A stretch of 64,000 nucleotides of DNA from Planctomycetota bacterium (GCA_965228735.1 OZ245838.1:1504001-1568000); one strand, 5' to 3'; counted from the stretch's first letter, positions 19,215 through 29,320 are shown. The notes: generated from the sequence alone by a model not told the origin. Made by a program: numbers and translations.

Positions 19215-21122
19215 ATGTCGCTGACGTGGAAACTGGGCTGCGGCGTCCTGTTCGCGATCGCGCTGCAGGTCGCGCAGATGCTGAGCAGTGGGTACTTCAC
19301 CACCCGCATGCTCGACGCATCGCAACAGGTTTCGGACGCTCTTGTGGCGACCATCGCCGCGCAGGATGGCCTGGATGCGACGCAACTCCTGCTCGGCAAA
19401 CTTCACAACGACCAGGAAGACCGCGACAGTCCGGTCCGGGCTTCCGTCTACGGCGTCTACCTGGAGGAGCTCGATCGACTGGTCACCCAGCTGCAGGGCC
19501 TGACGCCGGCCGAAGTACCGCTCGTTGCCGCGCTCGAGAACGCGCAGGAGGAATTCCGCAGCGTGCGCGAACAGGCGCCCGCGAGCGAGGCCGCGTACGA
19601 AGCGGCGAGCTTCTTCGAGGATGCGATCCTCGAACTGGACGAAGCCCTGCGGGCTCTGCAGATCCACCTCGGGGAGTTGGCAGCGGCAGGTGTCGCCCGC
19701 GAACGGGAGGTCCATGACCTGCCGATGCAGGCCGGCATGCTGATCACGCTCGTCGGCGTGGTGGTCATGGCGTGGTTCGTCATCTGGTTCTCGCGCCAGC
19801 TCGTCGAGCCGGTCGAACGCGCCCGCGCGGAACTCGAGCAACGAGTCACGGAGCGAACGGCGGAACTGGCCGAGATGAACGACGATCTCGTGCTCGCCCG
19901 CGACGCAGCCGAACGGGCCAACCAGACCAAGTCCATGTTTCTGGCGAACGTCAGCCACGAACTTCGCACGCCGATGACCGCGATCCTCGGTTTCGCCCAG
20001 GAGCTGATCGAGGCGCCGGCCGACGCGATGTCCGAGACCGCAAGGCTGGAGGCGCTCGACACGATCGTGCGCAACACCGAGCACTTGATCAAGCTGATCG
20101 GAGACCTCCTCGACAGCTCGAAGCTCGAGGCCGGCCGCCTCGAGCTCGAGTGCATCGAGACCGAGCCTCTGCGGATCCTGCACGAGGTCCTCGAACTGCT
20201 GCGGGCGAAGGCCGAGGCCAAGAACGTCGAGCTCACGGTCCACTTCGCCAGCCCGATCCCGACCCGCATCCAGTCGGACCCATTGCGACTCCGGCAGATC
20301 CTGTTCAACCTCGTCGGCAACGCGCTGAAGTTCACCGACGACGGCACCGTGATGATCCTCGTCGACGTGCAGGAGGACGACACGCAGCCGAAGCTGCGAT
20401 TCGCGATCCTCGACACCGGCATCGGCATGGAGCCGGCCGTAGCCGAGCGGCTCTTCCGCCCGTTCGAGCAGGCCGATGCCTCGACCTCGCGCTGCTTCGG
20501 CGGCTCCGGTCTCGGGCTCGCGATCTCCCGACAACTCGCGCGCATGCTCGACGGCGACATCATCGTCACCAGCAAGCTCGGCGTCGGATCCCGCTTCGTC
20601 GTGACGGTTGGCACCGGGCCGCTCGACGGCGTCCCGCGCCTCGCCTCACCGGCCGACCCGATGCCCGCGCCGGGCGCCTCGAAATGGCGAATCCGGCCGA
20701 GGCGCGCGAACCGCGACCCGGCGCCCAGATCCAACCTCGACGGATTGCGCGTACTCCTCGTCGAGGACGGGGCCGACAACCGCCGCCTGATCACCCACAT
20801 CCTGCAGCGCAGTGGCTGCATCTGCACCACAGCCAATGACGGTCAGGCCGGACTCGACGAGCTCGAGGCGGCGAGGGAGCCGGTCGACATCGTATTGATG
20901 GACCTGCAGATGCCGATCATGGACGGTCTCACCGCGACCCGCGAGATCCGGCGCCGCGGCATGGACCTGCCGATCATCGCGCTCACGGCGAATGCGCAGC
21001 CGGAGGACCGTGAAGCCGCGTTGGTGGCCGGCTGCAACGCCTTCCTGACCAAGCCGATCGATCGCCAGCAGATGTTCGCCACGCTGGCCGACTTGCGGCC
21101 CCAGAACCCTTCGACCGCTTGA
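19215..21122 (+). CDS. Membrane-bound hybrid sensor kinase (2 TM, periplasmic helical sensor, HisKA-HATPase-REC)
   Basis: FLANVSHELRTP, RLRQILFNLVGNALKFT, DTGIG, GSGLGL, REC LMDLQMP...KP; start inferred. Confidence 0.92.
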   Translation: MSLTWKLGCGVLFAIALQVAQMLSSGYFTTRMLDASQQVSDALVATIAAQDGLDATQLLLGKLHNDQEDRDSPVRASVYGVYLEELDRLVTQLQGLTPAEVPLVAALENAQEEFRSVREQAPASEAAYEAASFFEDAILELDEALRALQIHLGELAAAGVAREREVHDLPMQAGMLITLVGVVVMAWFVIWFSRQLVEPVERARAELEQRVTERTAELAEMNDDLVLARDAAERANQTKSMFLANVSHELRTPMTAILGFAQELIEAPADAMSETARLEALDTIVRNTEHLIKLIGDLLDSSKLEAGRLELECIETEPLRILHEVLELLRAKAEAKNVELTVHFASPIPTRIQSDPLRLRQILFNLVGNALKFTDDGTVMILVDVQEDDTQPKLRFAILDTGIGMEPAVAERLFRPFEQADASTSRCFGGSGLGLAISRQLARMLDGDIIVTSKLGVGSRFVVTVGTGPLDGVPRLASPADPMPAPGASKWRIRPRRANRDPAPRSNLDGLRVLLVEDGADNRRLITHILQRSGCICTTANDGQAGLDELEAAREPVDIVLMDLQMPIMDGLTATREIRRRGMDLPIIALTANAQPEDREAALVAGCNAFLTKPIDRQQMFATLADLRPQNPSTA

Positions 21123-21260
21123 CCCTACGGCTGCCATGGACCGGCAGGTCGAACGCGGAGTTCTCGGGGATTGATTCAAGCCCGCGGCGGCAATCGCCGA
21201 TGGCGTCGATCCCAGGAGCCTGCGACCACGCCGCCCCCCGGCTGCGTCGCGGTAGACCCG

Positions 21261-22541
21261 ATGATCACCCCCGTCAGAGTTGCGAGTCTAGCGGCGTGCG
21301 TGGCGCTCTCGAGCTACGCGGCGGGCCAGGATCCAGCCGAGCTCCAGCGCCTGGTCGAAGAGCTCAGCGAACGCGTCGATGAGCTCGAGGAACAGCAGGC
21401 CACGACCGCGGACCGCATCGGCGGCCGTGCCGTGGCCCAGTCCTACACGGCCCAGAGCCTCGACGTCGGCGGTCACGTCAGCTCGCTGTTCACGTACATG
21501 GACGGCGAAGCGGACTCGGCCGCCGGACACCTGGTCACGATCTTCGAGCTCTACATCAGGGCCGCGATCAACGATCAGTGGTCCCTGTTCGCCACTCCGG
21601 GCTTCTACGGCTTCAACGTCGGGTTGCTCGACAATCCGACGACGACGACCGTCGGGGATCCGGCCTTCGTCGATTCCGAGATCGCCAACGCCCGTGTCTT
21701 GCTGGCCCGGGCCTACGCGCAGTGGCAGCCCGACGACATGCTCTACGTGCGCGGCGGCGTCGTCGGCACTCCGCATGGGACAACCAACCGCGAATACTTC
21801 ATCCCGGCCCGGACCATCGCGGCCGGCAACCTGCACACGCGCGCTCTGACCGTGAACCAGCTGTACCCGCAGCTGGCCCACGGCCTGCGCATCGGCGGCA
21901 AGTTCGTGCTGCCGGACTCGAGCGACTGGCTCGAGTACGACGCCTACTTCGGCGTCGACGACACGGCGGCGGACGATCCACTCGGGGGCCTCCGCCTCGG
22001 TTATGTGTTCGACGACTACGGCCTCACGATCGCCTTGAACTACGGCAGCGGCTCCCGGCAATCCGTCGTCCAGGACCTGACCGGAGCCGCGGCGATCTCC
22101 GCGGCCTTGATGAACGTCGGCGAGCTGCAGTCACCGTTTCCGACCGGCTACCTCGGGAGCCGCGACTACGAGTTCGTCGGGCTGGACCTCGACTGGCGTT
22201 CGGCCTCGTTCGGCGTCAAGACCGAGGCCTACATCAGCAGCGAGGGGGCCTACGAGAACCAACGCGCGCTCTCGACGGAGTGGACCTGGTATCCATCCTC
22301 CACGATGGGGCTCACCTACCGATTCGATTACTACGACTCGGGCTCTGACGAGGTCATCGCGTCGCTGACACCATTCACGACGGTGCCGATGTCACGCGGA
22401 CACTCGACGGAACACGTGCTCGGCTTCAGCTACGATCCGGATCCGTCCGTGCGCCTGCGGCTCGATCTGCATCACAACAATCTGCCGAACAGCAACGCCG
22501 AGATCGACTTCATCAACGTCAGCTGGTCACTCAGCTTCTGA
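21261..22541 (+). CDS. Putative outer-membrane porin/beta-barrel
   Basis: Signal peptide, short coiled coil (ELQRLVEELSERVDELE), alternating beta strands, C-terminal INVSWSLSF. Confidence 0.75.
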   Translation: MITPVRVASLAACVALSSYAAGQDPAELQRLVEELSERVDELEEQQATTADRIGGRAVAQSYTAQSLDVGGHVSSLFTYMDGEADSAAGHLVTIFELYIRAAINDQWSLFATPGFYGFNVGLLDNPTTTTVGDPAFVDSEIANARVLLARAYAQWQPDDMLYVRGGVVGTPHGTTNREYFIPARTIAAGNLHTRALTVNQLYPQLAHGLRIGGKFVLPDSSDWLEYDAYFGVDDTAADDPLGGLRLGYVFDDYGLTIALNYGSGSRQSVVQDLTGAAAISAALMNVGELQSPFPTGYLGSRDYEFVGLDLDWRSASFGVKTEAYISSEGAYENQRALSTEWTWYPSSTMGLTYRFDYYDSGSDEVIASLTPFTTVPMSRGHSTEHVLGFSYDPDPSVRLRLDLHHNNLPNSNAEIDFINVSWSLSF

Positions 22542-22545
22542 TCCC

Positions 22546-23004
22546 ATGTTCCGCCTCGCCGCACTCCTGTCGACCGTGCTCCTCGCCGCACCGGTGCAGG
22601 ATCCGTCCGGCTCCGATCCCGCGCTGGGCAAGAAGTTCGCCGTTCTGGTGAACGCCGGCAACACGACGAAGCTCGCCAAGAACGAGCTCGTGTCGACGGC
22701 CAAGAAGCTCTACCTGAAGAACCTGTCACGCTGGCCCGACGGCTCGCCGGCCCGCCCCTACGCGCGGGCCAGCAGCTCGGATGCCCAGCAGGCGTTCGCT
22801 CATCGCGTGCTCAAGATGACGGACGCGGAGCTCGCGCGGCACTGGCTGCGGCTGAAGAACATGCGCGGCACGACTCCGCCGCGCGAGGTCAGCTCGGACC
22901 GGCTCGTGATCAAGCACGTCGCCCGCAAGACGGGCGCGTTCGCGATCGTCGAAGCCAGCGCGGTGCCGAAGTCGGCGAAGGTGCGCGTGCTGTTCGAGTT
23001 TTGA
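22546..23004 (+). CDS. Small secreted PstS-like (half periplasmic-binding-protein) domain protein
   Basis: Signal peptide; VLVN..N, LYL....RWPDG, W......G..PP.EV.S...V...VA...GA...V pattern of the short 'phosphate ABC SBP'-like family. Confidence 0.75.
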   Translation: MFRLAALLSTVLLAAPVQDPSGSDPALGKKFAVLVNAGNTTKLAKNELVSTAKKLYLKNLSRWPDGSPARPYARASSSDAQQAFAHRVLKMTDAELARHWLRLKNMRGTTPPREVSSDRLVIKHVARKTGAFAIVEASAVPKSAKVRVLFEF

Positions 23005-23007
23005 GCG

Positions 23008-24144
23008 CTAGTCCTTCCGCTCACGCTCGCGGCGCACCCAGGCTTCGACCGGCGGGCAGGTCACCTCGACGAAGCCAGCGGCCACGGCAGCGTCCCAGGT
23101 CGCGATGAGGTCTCGGTTGGTCACGCCGGCGTGCGGCTCGAGAACGAGTCCCATCAGCCCGCGCTTGCCGTTCGGCTTCACCGTCATCGAGCTGGGGTCC
23201 CGCGCTATCCGGAACAGCTCGTTCTTCACGCTCTTCAGGCTGTAGAGCGGCTTCGGTCCGATCAGCCACTTGCATCCCTTCCCCGCACCCCGCGTGTAGA
23301 TGCCGACCGACAAGCGCTCGACCGGCTGCATCGCCGCCGGTGCGAGGACGCCCGCCATGAGCTCTCCGACATGCCCCTTGTCCGACCGTTCCAGGGCAAT
23401 GAGGAGCTTGCCGTCCCACGGCGCCGCGAAACTCGCTCGCACGGCCGCGACGGAATAGCCGAGTCGGTGCGCCGGACGGCGAACGACAGCCCGAGGCCGC
23501 TCCCGCCGCGCCTCGTGGTCGATCGGCTGCGGCAGCTGTTCGAGCTTCCGAATGCCTCGGCGACTCCCGCAGTACCATGACTCACCGTCGGGCACGATCC
23601 AGTGGCTGTCGCGCAGACCCTCCGGCAGCTGACCGAGTCCGTCGATCACGCCGCGATCCACGTCGAGCCGCCGCATTCGCAGGCTCGTCCACAGCTGCAG
23701 TTCGCCGGTCGCGGTCGCAAAGAACACGAACGGCCCGCGCTCGCCGTCGGCCACCTCGATCGGCACCCGCTGCACTTCGTTGCCCACGTTCGGGTCGAGC
23801 TTGACGACCGCACCGTCCACGAGTCCGTAGAGGAACAAGCCGTCCGTGCACAACGCCTTCAGGCCCGCAGGCGCGGCGACGTTCCGCGTCGGCTCCGTGC
23901 CGAGCGCCGCAAGCTGGTAGAGGCGCCGCCCCCGCGCAAACCAAAGCCGCTCACCGTACGCCGCCAATCCACGCGGACTACCCTTCCCTGGCAGGTCCAC
24001 CGGCGTGACCCCGGGCCCCATCATCACGAGCCGGTTGTGCACGACGTCGCGCTCCGCCGGCAGATCGTCGAGCAGTTCGCGCTGCCCCGGCAGGGTTGCA
24101 GCGCAGAGCAAAGCCGCGGCAGCGGCGAGTCGATTCACGAGCAT
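23008..24144 (-). CDS. Secreted hypothetical protein with ExbD/TolR-like C-terminal segment
   Basis: Signal peptide; beta-rich N-region; LVLEPHAGVTNRDLIATWDAAVAAGF..V resembles the ExbD periplasmic domain. Confidence 0.55.
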   Translation of the reverse strand: MLVNRLAAAAALLCAATLPGQRELLDDLPAERDVVHNRLVMMGPGVTPVDLPGKGSPRGLAAYGERLWFARGRRLYQLAALGTEPTRNVAAPAGLKALCTDGLFLYGLVDGAVVKLDPNVGNEVQRVPIEVADGERGPFVFFATATGELQLWTSLRMRRLDVDRGVIDGLGQLPEGLRDSHWIVPDGESWYCGSRRGIRKLEQLPQPIDHEARRERPRAVVRRPAHRLGYSVAAVRASFAAPWDGKLLIALERSDKGHVGELMAGVLAPAAMQPVERLSVGIYTRGAGKGCKWLIGPKPLYSLKSVKNELFRIARDPSSMTVKPNGKRGLMGLVLEPHAGVTNRDLIATWDAAVAAGFVEVTCPPVEAWVRRERERKD

Positions 24145-24282
24145 TGGACCTCCAGGACCGCAACGGCCGGGGTCGGCACCGGTTCACATCGTTGCTCGAA
24201 TACCCGGGCCCTCGACTCGACGCAGCGTCGGGTTGCCGGACTAGAAGCTCGGCCGACAAAGGGCCAACCGGCGGTCGAGCTG

Positions 24283-25980
24283 CTAGAGCATACCGATGAC
24301 TTCGCCGTTCTCGTCGATGTCGATCTTCTGGCCGCCCGGCGTCTTGCCGAGGCCCGGCATTGTCATGATCGCCCCGGCCAGCGGATACACGAAGCCGGCG
24401 CCGACCGCGACCCGCGCGTCCCGCACGACGAAGCGGTAGCCGCTCGGCCGCCCGAGCAGCTTGGGGTCGTGGCTCAGCGAGTACTGCGTCTTGGCCATGC
24501 AGATCGGGAACCTGCCGTAGCCGCGCTCTTCGAACAGCGCGAGCTGCTTCTCGGCCTCGGGCTCGTAGTCGACGCCTTCGGCGCCGTAGATCTTGGTCGC
24601 GAGGGTCTCGATCTTCTCCTTGAGCGAGGCGTCGTTCGGGTAGAGCAGCCGGAAGGAGCTCGGCTCCTCGGACGCCTTCACGAGCGCGTGCGCGAGGTCC
24701 TCGCCACCCTTGCCGCCCTCCGCGAACAACGTCGAGACGTGACAGTCGCTCGCGCCGGCGGCCATCGCCTTCTCCTTGACGAACGCGATCTCCGCCTCGC
24801 TGTCGGTCGGGAAGCGATTGATCGCGACGACGACCGGGATGCCGAACGTCCTGACGTTCTCGATCTGCTTCTCGAGGTTGCCGATGCCGGCCTCGAGCGC
24901 GTCGAGATCCTCGGTCTTCATGCCCTCGGGCAACGGCTTGCCCGGCTTGAGCTCGAAGCGTCCGCTGTGCGCCTTGAGCGCGCGCACCGTCGCGACGAGC
25001 AGCGCGGCGTCCGGCTCGAGCCCCGACGCGCGGCACTTGATGTCGAAGAACTTCTCGGCGCCCATGTCCGCGCCGAAGCCCGCCTCCGTGACGACGAAGT
25101 CGAGGCCGCGCAACGCGATCTGGTCCGCCACGATCGAGCTGTTGCCGTGCGCGATGTTGGCGAACGGGCCGGTGTGCACGAGCGCCGGCGTGCCCTCGAG
25201 CGTCTGCATCAGCGTCGGCTTGAGCGCGTCCTTCAGGATCGCCGTCATCGCGCCCGCGGCCTTCAGATCCTCGGCCGTGACCGGCTTGCCGTCTTTCGTG
25301 TAGCCCACCACGATCCGGCCGAGGCGCTGGCGCAGGTCCTGCAGGTCGGTCGCGAGCCCGAGGATCGCCATGATCTCGCTCGCCGACGTGATGTCGAAGC
25401 CGGTCTCCCGCGGCGTGCCGTTCTTCTCGCCGCCGCGCGCGACCTCGATCACCCGCAGCGCCCGATCGTTCATGTCGAGCACGCGCTGCCACGTGATCTG
25501 CTCCTTGTCGATCTCGAGCTCGTTGCCGTGGAACAGGTGCGCATCGAGGAACGCCGCGCACAGGTTGTGCGCCGCGGTCACCGCGTGGAAATCGCCGGTG
25601 AGGTGCAGGTTGAGCTCCTCCGGCGGCACGACCTGCGAGTAGCCCCCGCCAGCGGCGCCGCCCTTGATGCCGAACACCGGCCCCATCGACGGCTGCCGGA
25701 TGACACAGCACGCGCGCTTGCCGATCCGGTTGAGCGCCTGCGAGATGCCGACGGTGTGCACCGTCTTGCCCTCACCGAACGGCGTCGGCGAGATCGCGGT
25801 CACGACCACGTACTTGGCATTGGGCCGGACCTCGTTCTTCTCGATCACGTCGAGCGACACCTTGGCCTTGGCGTGGCCGTAGGGTTCGAGGTCCTCGGCC
25901 GTCAAACCCATGATGCGGGCGACTTCCGGCAGCGGACGCAGCGGGATGGAACGGGCGATGGCGAGGTCGTCGGAGGACAT
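24283..25980 (-). CDS. fhs: Formate-tetrahydrofolate ligase
   Basis: PTPFGEGKT, RQPSMGPVFGIKGGAAGGGYSQ, HTGPFANIAHG, TEAGFGADMG, MTMPGL. Confidence 0.97.
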   Translation of the reverse strand: MSSDDLAIARSIPLRPLPEVARIMGLTAEDLEPYGHAKAKVSLDVIEKNEVRPNAKYVVVTAISPTPFGEGKTVHTVGISQALNRIGKRACCVIRQPSMGPVFGIKGGAAGGGYSQVVPPEELNLHLTGDFHAVTAAHNLCAAFLDAHLFHGNELEIDKEQITWQRVLDMNDRALRVIEVARGGEKNGTPRETGFDITSASEIMAILGLATDLQDLRQRLGRIVVGYTKDGKPVTAEDLKAAGAMTAILKDALKPTLMQTLEGTPALVHTGPFANIAHGNSSIVADQIALRGLDFVVTEAGFGADMGAEKFFDIKCRASGLEPDAALLVATVRALKAHSGRFELKPGKPLPEGMKTEDLDALEAGIGNLEKQIENVRTFGIPVVVAINRFPTDSEAEIAFVKEKAMAAGASDCHVSTLFAEGGKGGEDLAHALVKASEEPSSFRLLYPNDASLKEKIETLATKIYGAEGVDYEPEAEKQLALFEERGYGRFPICMAKTQYSLSHDPKLLGRPSGYRFVVRDARVAVGAGFVYPLAGAIMTMPGLGKTPGGQKIDIDENGEVIGML

Positions 25981-26041
25981 GGGGGCGAGCACGATAGCGA
26001 GTCCGCCCGCCGGTTTCACAGAATCCGCCCCTTCCGCCGAG

Positions 26042-26116
26042 GCTCGGGTACCGGGATTCAGAGAATCCGCTTACCCGCCCAAGCTCGGGTACCGGGATTC
26101 AGAGAATCCGCTTACC
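26042..26116. repeat. 34-bp direct duplication (41-bp period) including the arginase 3' end
   Basis: GCTCGGGTACCGGGATTCAGAGAATCCGCTTACC at 26042 and 26083. Confidence 0.95.
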
Positions 26117-27055
26117 AAAGGCGCTGAGCACCACGTCGACCGCCACCTCGCCCGACTGGTTCTTCACGTCCAGGATCGGGTTCAGCTCGGTGACCTCGAG
26201 ACTCAGCATCTTGCCCGTGTCGCTCACCATCTCCATGAGCAGGTTGGCCTCGCGCCAGTTGATCCCCCCTTTCACGGGCGTCCCGGTACCGGGCACGTCG
26301 CGCGGGTCCATGCCGTCGAGGTCGAACGACATGTGGAAGCCGGCCGTGCCGTCGGTCACGAAGCCGATCGACTCCTGCATGATCGACCGCATGCCGCGCT
26401 CGTCGACGTCGCGCATCGTGTAGGCGTGGATGCCCGACCGCTTGACGATATCGCGCTCGCGGTCGTCGATGTCGCGGATCCCGATCAGGCACACGTGCTG
26501 CGGCTCGACCTTGGGCGCGAACCCGCCCATCTCGACGAGCTTCGGATGACCCTGCCCGAGCAAGGTCGCGAGCGGCATGCCGTGGATGTTGCCGCTCGGC
26601 GAGCTGTCGGGCGTGTTCATGTCGGCATGCGCATCGACCCAGATCAACCCGACCTTCTGCCCCTGGTTGCGGTAGTGCTCCGCGACGCCCGAGCCCGTGC
26701 CCATCGCGATGCTGTGATCGCCGCCGAGCACGACCGGGATATCGCCGTTCTCGAGCGCGCGGCGAACGCGCAGGCGCAGTCGATTGCAGACGTGGTAGAT
26801 CGGCTCGAGGTAGCGCGCGTTCGGCTGCCCGGGATCGCGCGTCTCGGGTGCAGGCACGCCGACGTCGCCGTCGTCCGTGACGCGGTAGCCGATGTCCTGC
26901 AGCGCCTTCGCGATGCCCGCGATCCGGATCGCGGACGGTCCCATGTCGACGCCGCGGCGGCCGGCGCCGAGGTCCATCGGCACGCCGAGCAGGCGGATCG
27001 AGCCCCGCTCGGGGCGGGCGGCTGGCACGTTGGCGGCGGTCTCGCTGGCGGTCAT
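26099..27055 (-). CDS. rocF: Arginase
   Basis: GAGRRGVDMGP, GGDHSIA, DAHADMN, SPSGNIHGMP, SFDLDGMDP, ELNP. Confidence 0.95.
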   Translation of the reverse strand: MTASETAANVPAARPERGSIRLLGVPMDLGAGRRGVDMGPSAIRIAGIAKALQDIGYRVTDDGDVGVPAPETRDPGQPNARYLEPIYHVCNRLRLRVRRALENGDIPVVLGGDHSIAMGTGSGVAEHYRNQGQKVGLIWVDAHADMNTPDSSPSGNIHGMPLATLLGQGHPKLVEMGGFAPKVEPQHVCLIGIRDIDDRERDIVKRSGIHAYTMRDVDERGMRSIMQESIGFVTDGTAGFHMSFDLDGMDPRDVPGTGTPVKGGINWREANLLMEMVSDTGKMLSLEVTELNPILDVKNQSGEVAVDVVLSAFGKRIL

Positions 27056-27819
27056 CGCAGCAGTTGTACCGGCGCACCCCGCCCGACGCCCAGCTTTGTC
27101 GCGGCGTCGCCACGGTTCACGGCGATCTCGAGCAGGCCGAACGAGCCGATCAAGGCGAGCGGCTCGCCCGGCGCGACGTCGCCGTAGGTCGCGCCCAAGC
27201 GAACCTCCACCCCACCCAACGCGACCGCCCGCACGTCATTGCCGACCTCGCCGGCCCGGACGTTCGTGACGAGGTTGCCGAACCGATCGACGTGCAGCAC
27301 ACACGGCCCGCCGGGCGAGACCGCGAGCGCCGCCGGTTCACCGGACAGTTCCCGGCCGAGCGCCCGAAACCCGTAGCGTCCCATCGCGAGCCACGCGGCG
27401 ACGGGAGCGAACACGTCGCGCCCGTGGAACGTCCGGGACTCCGGCGCGAGCCGCAGATGCGCCAGATCGAGCTCTCGGACCTCGGCCCGGTCGGCGCCCG
27501 CGAGCACGCGCTCGAACAGCCCGTTGTCGGGACCGATCCAGTAGCAACCGTGGGCCGACACGACGATCGGCAGCCGCGCGGTCCCGACGCCCGGATCGAC
27601 CACACCGACGTGCACCGTCCCGTCCGGGAAGCGCCCCACCGCGCTCTCGAGGAAGAACGCGCCGACCTGCACGTCCTGCGGCGGCACGTCGTGGCACAGG
27701 TCCACGAGCGTCGCCTTCGGGAACTGCCGCAGCACCGCGCCGTGCATGATCCCGACGTAGGGGTCCCGGACTCCGAAGTCCGTCAGGAACGTGACGATGC
27801 CAGACGGGCGCGGGTGCAT
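27052..27819 (-). CDS. DUF62 SAM hydrolase (SAM hydroxide adenosyltransferase)
   Basis: TDFG, VVDPGVGT.R, GPDNG, TFHGRDVF, HVDRFGN. Confidence 0.9.
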   Translation of the reverse strand: MHPRPSGIVTFLTDFGVRDPYVGIMHGAVLRQFPKATLVDLCHDVPPQDVQVGAFFLESAVGRFPDGTVHVGVVDPGVGTARLPIVVSAHGCYWIGPDNGLFERVLAGADRAEVRELDLAHLRLAPESRTFHGRDVFAPVAAWLAMGRYGFRALGRELSGEPAALAVSPGGPCVLHVDRFGNLVTNVRAGEVGNDVRAVALGGVEVRLGATYGDVAPGEPLALIGSFGLLEIAVNRGDAATKLGVGRGAPVQLLR

Positions 27820-27835
27820 GGTACTGGCGCCGCGA

Positions 27836-29167
27836 TCAGACGGGCTCGCCGAGGATCGCGATGATCTCGCGCTTCTTCTCTTCCATGAGCTCCTGCGTGT
27901 CCGCCTCCAGGCACATGCGCAGGTACGGCTCGGTGTTGCTCGGCCGCACGTTCACCCACCAGTCGGGATAGGTCACGGTGATGCCGTCGAGGAAGTCGAT
28001 CTCGGCGTCGCTGAACTTCGCCTCGACGGCCTTCATGAGCCCGGCCTTGTCCTCGACCCGGAAGTTGATCTCCCCGGTCGGGTGATACTTCCGCAGCGCG
28101 TCGGCCGCGGCCTTGAGCGTCGTGCCCTCGGCACTCAGCTGGTTGAGCACGAGCAGCGCGGCGAGCACGCCGCAGTCGGTGTAGAAGTTCTCCGCGAAGT
28201 AGAAGTGACCGGACAGTTCGCCGCCACCGATGCAGTCTTCGCGGCGCATCGTCTCCTTCATGAACGAGTGCCCGACGCGGTCCTTCACGGGCCGGCCGCC
28301 GAGCTTCTCGATCTCCTCCGGCAGCACCTTGCTCGACCGCAGATCGTAGATGATGCCCTTGCCCGGGTGCCGCTTGAGCATGCCGCGCGCGAGGATCACG
28401 GTGATCAGGTCCGCGTGCACGGTCCGCCCGGCCTCGTCGACGAACGCACACCGATCCGCATCGCCGTCGAACGCGAGCCCCAGCACGCAGTTCTCTCTCG
28501 CCACGAGCGCGCGCAAGTCGTCGAGGTTGGATTCCTTGAGCGGGTTGGCCTCGTGGTTGGGGAACGTGCCGTCGAGCTCCTGATAGAGCGACACGACCTC
28601 GAGCCCCGGGATCTTGTCGAAGATCGCCGGCGACTCGTTGGCCCCCATGCCGTTGGCGTAGTCCACGGCGATCTTCATCGGCTTGATGCCGTCCGCGAAC
28701 GCCGTGATGTGCTCGATCCAATCCTGCATCAGATCGACGCTGTCGCGCGTGCCGGCACGCGCCGCCGGCGTGAAGTCGTCCTGCTGGACGAGCTGCTCGA
28801 TGTCCTTGATGCCCGAATCGCCGGACAGCGGGCGGGCCTCGGCCCGACACATCTTGAAGCCGATGTATTCCTTGGGGTTGTGCGAGGCGGTCACCACGAC
28901 GCCGCCGTCACACTCGATCTTGCCGATGCCGTAGTAGACCATCGGCGTCGACGCGAGGCCGATGTCGACGACGTCGCACCCCTGACTCAGCATCCCGTCG
29001 ATCAGCGCATCCTGGATCTCGACCGCCATCGTGCGCATGTCACGCCCGACGACGAGCCGCTTGGCCGAGAGGAACTGCACCATGCCGGCGCCGATCTTCC
29101 GGGCCGTGGTCGCGTCGATCTGGTCGGGGTAGGTGCCTCGAATGTCGTAGGCCTTGAAGATGCTCAC
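27836..29167 (-). CDS. Phosphomannomutase/phosphoglucomutase
   Basis: IFKAYDIRG, TASHNP, FDGDADR, GGELSGHFYF, RPSNTEP. Confidence 0.95.
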   Translation of the reverse strand: MSIFKAYDIRGTYPDQIDATTARKIGAGMVQFLSAKRLVVGRDMRTMAVEIQDALIDGMLSQGCDVVDIGLASTPMVYYGIGKIECDGGVVVTASHNPKEYIGFKMCRAEARPLSGDSGIKDIEQLVQQDDFTPAARAGTRDSVDLMQDWIEHITAFADGIKPMKIAVDYANGMGANESPAIFDKIPGLEVVSLYQELDGTFPNHEANPLKESNLDDLRALVARENCVLGLAFDGDADRCAFVDEAGRTVHADLITVILARGMLKRHPGKGIIYDLRSSKVLPEEIEKLGGRPVKDRVGHSFMKETMRREDCIGGGELSGHFYFAENFYTDCGVLAALLVLNQLSAEGTTLKAAADALRKYHPTGEINFRVEDKAGLMKAVEAKFSDAEIDFLDGITVTYPDWWVNVRPSNTEPYLRMCLEADTQELMEEKKREIIAILGEPV

Positions 29168-29320
29168 GTCGATGTCCTGCGGGGTCGAGAGTCGGTGCGA
29201 ATCGCCGCCGGAGAGGTCGGCGGGCCCGTCAGGGTAGCTGCGCGCCGAACGGCGCCAACGGTCCTTGGCGCAAAGTTGGGCCGCCGCGGAACGCACCGAC
29301 GCGGAAGAATGGGCCGAGGC

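Noticed and set aside
11995..20534. Long antisense ORFs (11995..14769, 17016..20534; likewise 23602..26127, 35418..38447, 60528..62957)
   Set aside because: They are shadows of well-supported genes in high-GC DNA, R/A/G-rich and without motifs.
27052..27819. Fluorinase/chlorinase (halogenase)
   Set aside because: It has the DUF62 hydrolase Asp-Arg-His signature (VVDPGVG, R, TFHGRD) rather than the halogenase TFYSR-type motif, and there is no biosynthetic cluster.
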